Source of the DNA: Candidatus Altimarinota bacterium
GTDB lineage: Bacteria > Patescibacteriota > Gracilibacteria > CAIRYL01
Reading direction: 5' to 3'
Assembly: GCA_965250085.1 (NCBI GenBank)
Contig: OZ252287.1
Location: 832,001-896,000 of the forward strand
DNA length: 64,000 nucleotides
Position numbers and translations under genes: made by a program. Position 1 is the first letter of the stretch, and each line of letters begins with the position of its first letter. Positions 29,150-38,326 of this stretch are shown here, in pieces. The notes beneath the pieces were generated by a model. It saw only the letters and a list, made by a program, of their open reading frames with translations, had not been told where the DNA came from and made no database searches.

Positions 29150-29608
29150 ATGACCACTGATACATACACTCCTGAAAGAACTAGAGACTTGCTTGAACCA
29201 GATGTACTTGCAGAAGTAACGAGGCCTCACCTGCCCGTAACAAAAATATCTCATCAGTCTATAATGGCTTTTCTGCAAAGCAAACTGGGAACAGAAGTGA
29301 GAGAATCTATTTCTGAGTTTTCATCTGCGCAACTACGAAAAAGCTCCTCATTTGAACCGGGGATAGAACTCGTTGCTCAAGATTCCACTCCCTTCGGTGA
29401 AATGATATTTTATGATGCCGGCACAACCGATGCTCCAGAATTACCTTTTTACACCCAGGTAATTGATATTCCCAGTGGGGAGGTAAATGCTGCAATAATA
29501 TTTTTGCTGTTGAGAGAAAAATTGGATGAATTTTTAGCATCTTCTCAAAATCCAGATATCGGTGATATTTCTTATCTCGTAAGAAAAGTTCGAGCGTTTT
29601 TGTCTTAA
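29150..29608 (+). CDS. Hypothetical protein, 152 aa
   Basis: ATG ORF 19 bp after the AAA gene, same strand. Confidence 0.65.
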   Translation: MTTDTYTPERTRDLLEPDVLAEVTRPHLPVTKISHQSIMAFLQSKLGTEVRESISEFSSAQLRKSSSFEPGIELVAQDSTPFGEMIFYDAGTTDAPELPFYTQVIDIPSGEVNAAIIFLLLREKLDEFLASSQNPDIGDISYLVRKVRAFLS

Positions 29609-29700
29609 TTATTTAGTAATTAAAAAAATTCTGTAATCCCAGAAGATTTAGTTAGAATTGATGTTTTTTTGTGTATTTCATTTATTTCTGCCGCATATTT

Positions 29701-29709
29701 TGGTATAAT
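29701..29709 (+). promoter_or_regulatory. Extended -10 element
   Basis: TGGTATAAT 23 nt upstream of the ATG at 29733. Confidence 0.5.
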
Positions 29710-29732
29710 GAGGAGAATATAAATATACAAAT

Positions 29733-30749
29733 ATGTCACATAAACATAAAGATTGGACAAGATATGGGATCAAGCCCAAGTATGCGGATAAAAAATATCC
29801 CAAAGTTTTTGATACCATCATCATTGGTGCTGGGCCCGCTGGAATGACCTCTGCAGTGTACGCAGCACGGCGAAAAATGAAGATTTTGCTTATCTGCGGA
29901 GACAAGATAGGAGGACAAATGCAATGGTCATCTGATATTGAGAATTATACTGGAGTAAAAAAAATAACCGGTCCAGGACTTACGGATCGATTTTTTCATC
30001 ATGTGCATCATATAGAAAAAGATATAGAAAATTTTGATCTCTGGGTTCGAAAAAAGGAGCTCGTGACAGGTGTAAAGAAAAATTCAGACAATACTTTCAC
30101 CGTTACTACTTCTGCTGGAAAATCATTTGAGACAAAAACGCTCATTATCACAGCGGGAAAAGTGCCACGAACACTTGGAATTTCTGGAGAAGAAGTTGCC
30201 ATGCAGGGGAATGGACTTTCTTTTTGTGCCACATGTGATGCCCCACTGTATAAGGACAAAAAAATGGCAATCATTGGAGGGGGCAATTCTGCTATGGATG
30301 TCGCATTGCAACTCAATACTCTGACAGATGACATTACACTTTTTACAGATATCGGTCACTTAACGGGAGAGGAAGTTCTTGAAGAAAAACTGCTCAATAA
30401 TTCACATATAGATATAAAATATAATGTTGATGTCAAAGAGATATTGCTGGATGAAAAATATCAAGTGCGTGGTCTCCGATATTCTGAAAAAGGATCGAAA
30501 GAAAAAGAATTTGTGTGCGAAGGTATCTTTGAGGAGATCGGACAATTGCCTGCTACAAATTTTCTCAGCGAATTTATTGAGCTCAACAAAAAAGGAGAAA
30601 TTCCTATTGATAAAAAGTGTAAAACCTCTCTCTCAGGCGTATTTGCCGCAGGAGATGTCACCGATGAAATTCATAAGCAGATTGTCGTTGCAGCTGGACA
30701 AGGAGCCATCGCTGCGCTGGAGGCCCATGAGTATGTGTTGAAGTTGTAA
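29733..30749 (+). CDS. trxB: Thioredoxin reductase / AhpF C-terminal-like disulfide reductase
   Basis: GAGPAG, GGQ, CATCD, GGGNSA, FAAGDVT. Confidence 0.88.
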   Translation: MSHKHKDWTRYGIKPKYADKKYPKVFDTIIIGAGPAGMTSAVYAARRKMKILLICGDKIGGQMQWSSDIENYTGVKKITGPGLTDRFFHHVHHIEKDIENFDLWVRKKELVTGVKKNSDNTFTVTTSAGKSFETKTLIITAGKVPRTLGISGEEVAMQGNGLSFCATCDAPLYKDKKMAIIGGGNSAMDVALQLNTLTDDITLFTDIGHLTGEEVLEEKLLNNSHIDIKYNVDVKEILLDEKYQVRGLRYSEKGSKEKEFVCEGIFEEIGQLPATNFLSEFIELNKKGEIPIDKKCKTSLSGVFAAGDVTDEIHKQIVVAAGQGAIAALEAHEYVLKL

Positions 30750-30751
30750 TT

Positions 30752-30824
30752 AAACCCACCTAACCTCCCTTGGTAAGGGAGGAATAAATAACTTCCCCCT
30801 TGAAAAGGGGGATTGAGGGGGTTT
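30752..30824. repeat. Paired hairpin repeat between convergent genes (possible terminator)
   Basis: aaacccacctaacctcccttggtaagggagg ... ccccttgaaaagggggattgagggggttt. Confidence 0.7.
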
Positions 30825-30830
30825 ATTTTT

Positions 30831-31541
30831 TTACACCTCAAATACATATCCTTCTCCCCGAAAAGTGTGAATGGCATCTTTTCCGAGTTTTTTCCGTATT
30901 TTTCCCAAGTATACGTCAAGTGTGTTGGGAGAAATATTTTTTTGTTCTTGACCCCACACCGCATCAAGAATTTCTTTGCGACTTACTTTTTTCCCTTCAT
31001 TCTCAAAAAAGAATTGTATGAGAAGAAATTCTTTTGGGGATAAAAACCACTTTTTATTTTTGATAACAAGTTTTTGTAATCGAGTATCAAGAGTACATTT
31101 TCCGCATTTTATTTCTTCCGTAAGATGATTTTTTTCTTCTTCCCTCTTTTTTATAAGGGCCTGAAGGAGAGAAAGAAACTCTTCCCTCTCAAATGGCTTG
31201 GCAAGATACGCATCTGCACCAGAGGGAATAGATAGCACCCTTGTGATTTCATCTCCACGACGAGGCAAGAGCAAAATGCCTCCTACAAACCCCTGTCTTC
31301 TCAGTTTTGCGCAACACTCAATTCCATCTATGTCACCAGTAATTCCCACACCAATAATAATCGTTTCAAATTTTCCTGTATTTAATGAAGTAAAGACTTC
31401 CTCTGCATTTTCTACATGAACAATGTGTAAATCATATGCGGCAAGTCCTTCTAAAATCACTTTTGCGGATTCAGTATCATTCTCTACGAGAAGAATGTGA
31501 TATGGCTTGGGAAATTCAAGAGGAATGGGAGAAATTTTCAA
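30831..31541 (-). CDS. OmpR-family response regulator with an atypical receiver domain
   Basis: GADAYLAKPF and winged helix LSPKEF..SR.EIL..VWG..NTLDVY..IRKKL..RG.GY. Confidence 0.88.
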   Translation of the reverse strand: MKISPIPLEFPKPYHILLVENDTESAKVILEGLAAYDLHIVHVENAEEVFTSLNTGKFETIIIGVGITGDIDGIECCAKLRRQGFVGGILLLPRRGDEITRVLSIPSGADAYLAKPFEREEFLSLLQALIKKREEEKNHLTEEIKCGKCTLDTRLQKLVIKNKKWFLSPKEFLLIQFFFENEGKKVSRKEILDAVWGQEQKNISPNTLDVYLGKIRKKLGKDAIHTFRGEGYVFEV

Positions 31542-31575
31542 TGCGATGCGGAAAGAAGGAAACTTCTTTTATTGC

Positions 31576-31608
31576 CACTCTTTAGCAAAGAGGGGAAAGG
31601 GGAGATTT
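31576..31608. repeat. CCCCTCTTT..AAAGAGGGG hairpin repeat
   Basis: ccactctttagcaaagaggggaaaggggagattt. Confidence 0.7.
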
Positions 31609-31618
31609 ATAATTATTA

Positions 31619-32620
31619 CTAGAATTGTTCCAAAAATCTCAAATCATTTTCAAAAAAGAGTCTCAGGTCACTGATACCGTGCTTGAGCATAATTTGTCTC
31701 TCTATTCCCATGCCAAATGCAAATCCATTCCATTCGTTGGGATCAAGTCCTCCATTTGTAATAACATTTGGATGAACCATTCCCATTCCTGCCAGTTCCA
31801 ACCATCGCTCTTTTCCATCCACCTTGAGGAGTCCATCTACTTCTACAGACGGCTCAGTAAAGGGAAAAAATGAGATTCGATATCTGAGCTCTATGTTTGG
31901 AGCAATAAGCTCTCTGAGCGCTGAGGATACCACAAATTTTAAATGTGATAGTGAAATATGCCTGTCTACCATGAGTCCTTCGTATTGATGAAACATAGGA
32001 GAATGCGTCGCGTCAGAATCTTTTCGGAATACCTTCCCAGGGGCTATTATTCGAATCGGTGGCTTGTGAGATTCCATATATCGAATTTGAATCCCTGATG
32101 TCTGAGTCCTGAGAACATGATCTTCCAATGGTTTTTTGAGCCAAAATGTATCCTGCATTTCCCGTGCAGGATGATGCTCAGGAATATTAAGCGCGTTGAA
32201 GTTGTACCATTCATTTTCAATTTCCGGCCCTTCCGCTATTTCAAATCCCATGCGAGCAAACACTTCTTCGAGATGTTCAATATACGCATGAATGGGGTGC
32301 CTCTTTGCATGCGTCACTTTTGGAGCCGGAAGCGTGACATCCATCCATTCTTTTTCTGCTAAATCATCTCCTGAGCCCTTTTCGAGCGCAAAAAATTGTT
32401 CTGCAAGGAATCCTTCCAGTTCTTTTTTTGCCTCATTAGCGGCCTTCCCTGCTGCCGCCCGATCTTTTTGTGGAAGTGCAGAAACATTTCTCAAAAGTCC
32501 CGTCAGCTCTCCTTTTCGTCCTAAATATTTCTTCTCCAAAATTTTGAGTTCTTCTTTTTCCGAAGCACCGGAAATCTCTTTCTTTGCTTTGCTGACTATT
32601 GATTTAATATCGTCGAGCAT
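31619..32620 (-). CDS. pheS: Phenylalanine-tRNA ligase alpha subunit
   Basis: HPAREMQDTF, LRTQTS, FPFTEPS, FAFGMGIER. Confidence 0.97.
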   Translation of the reverse strand: MLDDIKSIVSKAKKEISGASEKEELKILEKKYLGRKGELTGLLRNVSALPQKDRAAAGKAANEAKKELEGFLAEQFFALEKGSGDDLAEKEWMDVTLPAPKVTHAKRHPIHAYIEHLEEVFARMGFEIAEGPEIENEWYNFNALNIPEHHPAREMQDTFWLKKPLEDHVLRTQTSGIQIRYMESHKPPIRIIAPGKVFRKDSDATHSPMFHQYEGLMVDRHISLSHLKFVVSSALRELIAPNIELRYRISFFPFTEPSVEVDGLLKVDGKERWLELAGMGMVHPNVITNGGLDPNEWNGFAFGMGIERQIMLKHGISDLRLFFENDLRFLEQF

Positions 32621-32697
32621 GTGTCTCCTTCAAAAAAGTTCTCTGGAATTTTCTCAAAAAAAGAAGAGAAGGGAAATGAGGAATATTTGAAAAATAT

Positions 32698-32985
32698 TTA
32701 GAAAAATAAATGGAAAATGGTATAGGCATAAGCAAAATATCCTGCCACATCAATGAGAATATTCAGTATCCAAAAATTAGGATTCAAGTTTTTCTCTATT
32801 TTGTACTGTAAAGGCATAAACAAAACAGCAACTGCCCCACTTATTGCATAACCAAGTAGGAAATACAGAATTGTTTTGAACTGGAGAAATTCGGCAGAGG
32901 TAGTAAAGAAAAGAATTGCAGAATAAATCGTAAAATAAATTACTCCTTTTTTGTATGCCCCGTATCTTGTTTGTAAATCGTACAT
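32698..32985 (-). CDS. Small membrane protein, hypothetical
   Basis: 95 aa, three hydrophobic segments. Confidence 0.55.
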   Translation of the reverse strand: MYDLQTRYGAYKKGVIYFTIYSAILFFTTSAEFLQFKTILYFLLGYAISGAVAVLFMPLQYKIEKNLNPNFWILNILIDVAGYFAYAYTIFHLFF

Positions 32986-33043
32986 AACCTAACTGATAAA
33001 CTCGTCAACGCTAGCATCACAATTCTTCTTAAGTCAACCCTGT

Positions 33044-33847
33044 CTAGCTAAAATACTTCACCGCATTCTCAAATATTTTTATACACGGATTGAGCTTTGG
33101 AAGATCTTTTCCTGCGCGCAGCAATTTCTCTTTTTCCAGTCCAAAATCGGGACGATTATAAAAAAACATACCGCGCTCTGGATGAGGCATCAGTCCCATA
33201 ATGCGTCCAGTTGGATCACACACTCCGGCAATATCCAGGAGTGATCCATTGGGATTGTGTGGTTCTTCCCCCTCTGCAGGAGAGCCGTCTTCTCTTACAT
33301 ATGTGAAAGCAATCTGATCATTCTTTTTGAGTTCCTTAAGGCTCTCTTCTTCCATATAAAAATTTCCTTCTCCGTGCGCGATGGGAACATAAAGTGTATC
33401 GATTCCTTGAGTAAAAATACACTTCTGAGATACAGGCTTGATATGCACCCAGCGACACGTATATCTTGCGTTTGTATTCGCCAGAAGTGCTGCCTGGCGT
33501 TCTCCATATTTTTGATCAAGTGCCGGCACGAGTCCCAGAGCTGTAATCATTTGAAATCCATTGCAAATTGCAAGCGTGAGCGTGTCTCGTGCCACGAACT
33601 CCAGAAGTTCCTCTCGCAAATTATTATATATTTTATTTGCCATCGCTTTCCCAGCACCAGTATCATCTCCATGAGCAAAGCCTCCAGGGACTGCAAGGAT
33701 CTGGTAGTCACTAAGCTTCCTCCGCCTATCAATGAGATCATTTACATGCACAATCTCTGCACTAGCCCCCTGCATATTAAATGCATATGCCGTTTCCTCT
33801 TCACAATTGATACCGTAGCCAGCAAGGACGAGTACACGAGGTTTCAT
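33044..33847 (-). CDS. purQ: FGAM synthase glutaminase subunit
   Basis: GINC, PGGF..GD, ICNGFQ, AHGEG, MPHPER. Confidence 0.96.
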   Translation of the reverse strand: MKPRVLVLAGYGINCEEETAYAFNMQGASAEIVHVNDLIDRRRKLSDYQILAVPGGFAHGDDTGAGKAMANKIYNNLREELLEFVARDTLTLAICNGFQMITALGLVPALDQKYGERQAALLANTNARYTCRWVHIKPVSQKCIFTQGIDTLYVPIAHGEGNFYMEEESLKELKKNDQIAFTYVREDGSPAEGEEPHNPNGSLLDIAGVCDPTGRIMGLMPHPERGMFFYNRPDFGLEKEKLLRAGKDLPKLNPCIKIFENAVKYFS

Positions 33848-33855
33848 AGAAGTTT

Positions 33856-33888
33856 TAATTACGAATGGGCAATTACGAATTACGAATG
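33856..33888. repeat. 7-mer array (aattacg)
   Basis: aattacg aatgggc aattacg aattacg aatg between purL and purQ. Confidence 0.55.
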
Positions 33889-33892
33889 AAAA

Positions 33893-36859
33893 TTAAACAT
33901 AAGATTGGAAAGGAGAGCGATAGGCTTGGGTCATCTGATCTACATTTGAATCAATAGCTTTTTCTCCGCTGAGTCCGGTGATCGTTATCTTTTGATCATC
34001 AGTTACCTTCCCCACCAGTTTTGCTTCCGGAAGTGCGGACTCAAATTCTTTTTGCTTCTTCGGATCTACCGAAACCGCAAAACGACTCTGTGACTCTGAA
34101 AATATCAGATAGTCATCTCGAGGACGCGTTGTCGCGTCTGGGCGATATGGCACTTCTCTCAAGTCAATTTCCATGCCAAGCTGTCCGCCAATCGCCATTT
34201 TCATAAGAGCCGTTCCCAAGCCTCCAATTGCGGGAGTGATGGCTGCAGATATAAGTCCTTTTTGACCCGCTGCATAAAAAAATTTATACCGCTTTAAAGC
34301 TTGCTCTGTATTTACCTGTGGAGCCTTCTCTCCAATTTGTTCATGCATTGCTGCATATTCACTTCCTCCCAGTTCATTTTTTGTTTCTCCAATGATATAC
34401 ATCAGATCGCCAGGAAATTTCACATCAAGTGAAATACATTTCTGTACGTCTTCTATGACTCCAATAGAGGAAATAAGAAGCGTAGGTGGTACTGAAATTG
34501 TTACTGGATTTTCGTTTTCATCAAATCCCTTAAAGTCATTAAACATGGAGTCTTTCCCGGAGATAAATGGAGTGCCGTACGCCGTCGCAGATTCATAGCA
34601 TCCGCGCGCTGCTTCTTTGAGTTGACCGAGTCTCTTGGGGTCATGAGAAGAGCACCAGCAAAAATTATCAAGTAGTGCGAGATACTCTGGATTTGCCCCT
34701 ACTGCAACAGATTGTCTTATGGCGGTATCGATGGCACAAGTTGCCATGTGATAGGTGTCGAGATCACTATATTTTGGATTCAGTGCCTGAGAGAGTACTA
34801 CCCCTCGGGAATTTCCAAGTACTGGCGCGCTCACAGAGGCAGAGCCATTCACCCTTCCCTTTCCTTGTAATGGTCCGATGACACCACTGCCTTGCACATT
34901 ATGATCATAGTGGAGAGAGATAAACTCATAGCTCGCAATATTTTTTCTTCCTATCATCTGAAGCATCTCCTGAGTAAGATCTGTAGGCATTGAGAGTTTC
35001 AAGACTCTCGATTGAACGTTTGGGACTTCCGTTTTTTGATGTTCCTGAGGCAATCCATTGTGGAGAAACTCCATGTCAAGATCTACAATCATTTCGCCAT
35101 TATGTTTTACTTGGCAACGAGGTTCTTTGGTAAATTTTCCAATGACCCATGCGTTTACTCCGCGCCGCAAAAAAAGCTCTAAGAGTTCGTCTGCTTTTTC
35201 TGGTAGCACTGACATGGTCATTCGTTCTTGTGACTCACTGATCCAAATTTCCCAAGGAGAAATATTAGGATATTTGAGCGGTACTTTTTCAAGGTCCACT
35301 ACGCACCCTCCACACTCACGTGCCATCTCTGCCACCGAACATGAGATCCCACCAGCTCCACAATCGGTAATGCTGTTATACAGCCCCAGATCACGAGCTT
35401 CTTTTACGAGGGCATCGCTCATTTTTTTCTGTGTAATGGGATCACCAATTTGTACCGCTGTCGCTGGAGATCCCGTATCAAGTGCTTCAGAAGAAAATGT
35501 TGCTCCATGGATTCCATCAAGTCCCACCTTTCCTCCTGACATGACGATCAAGTCCCCTGGATTGGCCGATTTTTCTGCACTTGGCAAGCATCCTACCTTC
35601 TGGGGAATCAGTCCCACAGTCCCAGCAAACACCAATGGCTTTCCTCGATATCGACTTTCAAAATAGATTCCTCCTTGAGGAGTGGGTATTCCTGATTCAT
35701 TACCACCGGTATATACACCCTCTACCACTCCCTCCATAATCTGTCGTGAACTGAGCGCTGGATTTTTTTTATTTTTTCCGCGATACAAAGGTCTTTCGTC
35801 ATCTATGTCTCCAAAGCAAAAAAAGTATCGGTTGAGTATTGGCTTTGCCCCCTTTCCAAACCCAAGCACATCACGATTGACCCCTACTATTCCAGTAATT
35901 GCTCCGCCAAAGGGATCGAGTGCAGAAGGACTATTATGCGTTTCTACTTTATCCGCTACCAAGTATTCATCATCAAAAATAATTCCTCCTGCGTTATCAC
36001 TAAATACTGAAATACAAAAATCATTTTCTCCTTTTTGTTTTCTTACTTCCTGAGTCGCTCTCTTTATATAGTGCCTATAAATTCCATCTTCAATTTCATC
36101 CATAGGATCAGCAAAGATAGTATGCTTGCAATGTTCAGACCAGGTCTGAGCGATTGCCTCGAGCTCAACATCAGTTGGATTTCTTCCTTCCTTTCTGAAA
36201 TACTCACGAATCACTGTGAGATAGTTCAAGCTGAGCGCAAGGGGTCCGCGAAATGTTCCATCTGTATTTTTGATTCCTTTTTTCCCCAGTTCAATCAGCT
36301 CCTTATCAGATATTTCCAGATTCACTTCATCTGCTCTTGGGGTGTGATGCAGATCAACTTTTGGAATGAGGAGATCCATGCCTCCATCTTTTTCAAACTC
36401 TTCTCGAGATTTGATATGGATCCTTTGAATGAGAGAATTCGCCATTGAATTAGCAATTATTTCCACATTTTTTCGATCTAAATTTCCACGAAGAAATGTA
36501 ATTTGTGAAAAATACACCGCTTCATCCGGATGATGAAGTTTTGTTTTTAAAAGATCTTCAATACTTTCGGTCACGGTATGGGCAACGTTATCAGTTACTC
36601 CGGGTAAAAATCCAATTTCTATCGCATAGTCAAAATCATCTATTTTGACTGAGTCAAAAGTATATTCCTCAAAAAGAGGGTTGGTGAGCATCGTACCAAT
36701 TTTATTTTTTTGTGTATCAGAAAAGTTCCTTGTAATTGTATAAACATCTACTATTTGAGCTTTTTGCACGTTGTACCCGCTTGCTTGAAGTCGTTTGAGA
36801 CGCATGAGAGCTCTGGTGTCCTTGACCGTATTTTTGATCTCAAGACGAAATGCACTCAT
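33893..36859 (-). CDS. purL: FGAM synthase subunit PurL with a PurS-like N-terminal extension
   Basis: QTWSEHCKH, ETHNSPS, DCGAGG, SESQERM, SGKDSM. Confidence 0.96.
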   Translation of the reverse strand: MSAFRLEIKNTVKDTRALMRLKRLQASGYNVQKAQIVDVYTITRNFSDTQKNKIGTMLTNPLFEEYTFDSVKIDDFDYAIEIGFLPGVTDNVAHTVTESIEDLLKTKLHHPDEAVYFSQITFLRGNLDRKNVEIIANSMANSLIQRIHIKSREEFEKDGGMDLLIPKVDLHHTPRADEVNLEISDKELIELGKKGIKNTDGTFRGPLALSLNYLTVIREYFRKEGRNPTDVELEAIAQTWSEHCKHTIFADPMDEIEDGIYRHYIKRATQEVRKQKGENDFCISVFSDNAGGIIFDDEYLVADKVETHNSPSALDPFGGAITGIVGVNRDVLGFGKGAKPILNRYFFCFGDIDDERPLYRGKNKKNPALSSRQIMEGVVEGVYTGGNESGIPTPQGGIYFESRYRGKPLVFAGTVGLIPQKVGCLPSAEKSANPGDLIVMSGGKVGLDGIHGATFSSEALDTGSPATAVQIGDPITQKKMSDALVKEARDLGLYNSITDCGAGGISCSVAEMARECGGCVVDLEKVPLKYPNISPWEIWISESQERMTMSVLPEKADELLELFLRRGVNAWVIGKFTKEPRCQVKHNGEMIVDLDMEFLHNGLPQEHQKTEVPNVQSRVLKLSMPTDLTQEMLQMIGRKNIASYEFISLHYDHNVQGSGVIGPLQGKGRVNGSASVSAPVLGNSRGVVLSQALNPKYSDLDTYHMATCAIDTAIRQSVAVGANPEYLALLDNFCWCSSHDPKRLGQLKEAARGCYESATAYGTPFISGKDSMFNDFKGFDENENPVTISVPPTLLISSIGVIEDVQKCISLDVKFPGDLMYIIGETKNELGGSEYAAMHEQIGEKAPQVNTEQALKRYKFFYAAGQKGLISAAITPAIGGLGTALMKMAIGGQLGMEIDLREVPYRPDATTRPRDDYLIFSESQSRFAVSVDPKKQKEFESALPEAKLVGKVTDDQKITITGLSGEKAIDSNVDQMTQAYRSPFQSYV

Positions 36860-36954
36860 GTATCAAAATTATCAAAAAGCCCCTGCATTTCTATCGTATC
36901 AAACATACGATATTGGGAAAGAGATTTTTATTTTTTTTTACTCTTTTTGCTTCT

Positions 36955-38232
36955 CTACAAAAAATCTTCGAAGGAATTTCTTGAAACTGCATCTTCTGGG
37001 AAAAAAATTATTCTTTCTGCAACTCTCCTTCTAAGAGTTCCTTTTTGTGTCAAAAGAAGCTTTTTTATTTCCTCATTTTGTACTCCGAGATCATAAAAAA
37101 ATCTCTCAAATTTCTCTCGTGTAGATTCATAATCTGATCCTGTTATACCAAAAAATCCTCCATTTTGAAGTGCTTGTATCCCCATTGGGGAATCATTTGA
37201 AGGACTGTCTCCAAATACAATTTTGAGTTTTTTTCCAGTTTCTATCTGTACACTCTCCAACTTCTTAACCTTCTGATTTCCCAGCAATGGAGAACCCTTT
37301 GTTCTTGCCTGAAGTCGCTGTGTTCTTTTCTTTTTTTGCATTGTACCAAGAACTGCGTTTTTTCTTCCTTCTTTAATCCAAAAGTAGGGGCTCATCTTTA
37401 ATGCTGTGGTGGCAATCCTTTGCAAATTAGTGGTGACCACTCGTATATCAGACCCACGAAACAAACCTAGCTCTGTTAATGCATGATGAATGCTCGCATT
37501 AATGCGAATAACTCTTGTCACCACAAGATCTGGAAGTTCTATTATTTGATCTGCGTGTTTCTTATTTTTTTCATGTGTTTTAAGAGTTATCTGATCTCCT
37601 TCGTCTCGTGTTTTTTCCATTACTTTTCGTGTAATATCTCGCACCATATCTAAATTCTTTCCTGCAAAAAATCGTGTTCTGAGGAGTAATTCTTTATTCA
37701 GGAGAGAGGAAAGTATATCGTCTAAGTGAAATACAAGGTTGTCGAATTCAATCATCTTCCGGGCAAATTCATTAACTATTGCATTGTTTGCTAGTTGATT
37801 ATTTCCGTTCAATCCTTGTTTCTGAGCCTGTTTTTTTGCCGTGTAAAGGCAAACAATATCTTCCCAAAGAAGGAGTATTGTTAAACATATATCTTTATTA
37901 AGCGCATTGATATCAATCACTTTTCCCCCATTTATTCGAACAGTTCCTTGATTATTAAGCCTTGCTCTAATGATTTTCTCATATGTAATTGGTAATAACA
38001 GCCTCTTGAATTTTTCAACGGAAAACGTCCAAAAGGAAGGGTCTCCAAGTTTTTCTAAAAATACATGCCTCCCAATGTCTTCGGGAAACATGGTGCCGTC
38101 CATATCACTTGCTACAAGGCTTTTTCTGAGCTCATCAGAGGAAAAATACTCTAAGAGAAGTTCAGAAAAATTAGATTCTCCATCAGTTTGATGTTCATCA
38201 GCAAAGGTTCGTATCTCCAAATATGCAGACAT
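36955..38232 (-). CDS. HAD-superfamily hydrolase with a large cap insertion
   Basis: Motif I DMDGT, motif II VVTT, motif IV GDS..ND. Confidence 0.7.
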   Translation of the reverse strand: MSAYLEIRTFADEHQTDGESNFSELLLEYFSSDELRKSLVASDMDGTMFPEDIGRHVFLEKLGDPSFWTFSVEKFKRLLLPITYEKIIRARLNNQGTVRINGGKVIDINALNKDICLTILLLWEDIVCLYTAKKQAQKQGLNGNNQLANNAIVNEFARKMIEFDNLVFHLDDILSSLLNKELLLRTRFFAGKNLDMVRDITRKVMEKTRDEGDQITLKTHEKNKKHADQIIELPDLVVTRVIRINASIHHALTELGLFRGSDIRVVTTNLQRIATTALKMSPYFWIKEGRKNAVLGTMQKKKRTQRLQARTKGSPLLGNQKVKKLESVQIETGKKLKIVFGDSPSNDSPMGIQALQNGGFFGITGSDYESTREKFERFFYDLGVQNEEIKKLLLTQKGTLRRRVAERIIFFPEDAVSRNSFEDFL

Positions 38233-38326
38233 TGTAGATATAATATTTATTACATTATTAATATATTTTTTTATTTTGTCAATCTAAACTCCCCCCTCAA
38301 CACCAGACGAACAAGGTGACTTCGTT

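Noticed and set aside
31619-32620. pheS without adjacent pheT
   Set aside because: Split pheS/pheT is common in reduced genomes and uninformative alone
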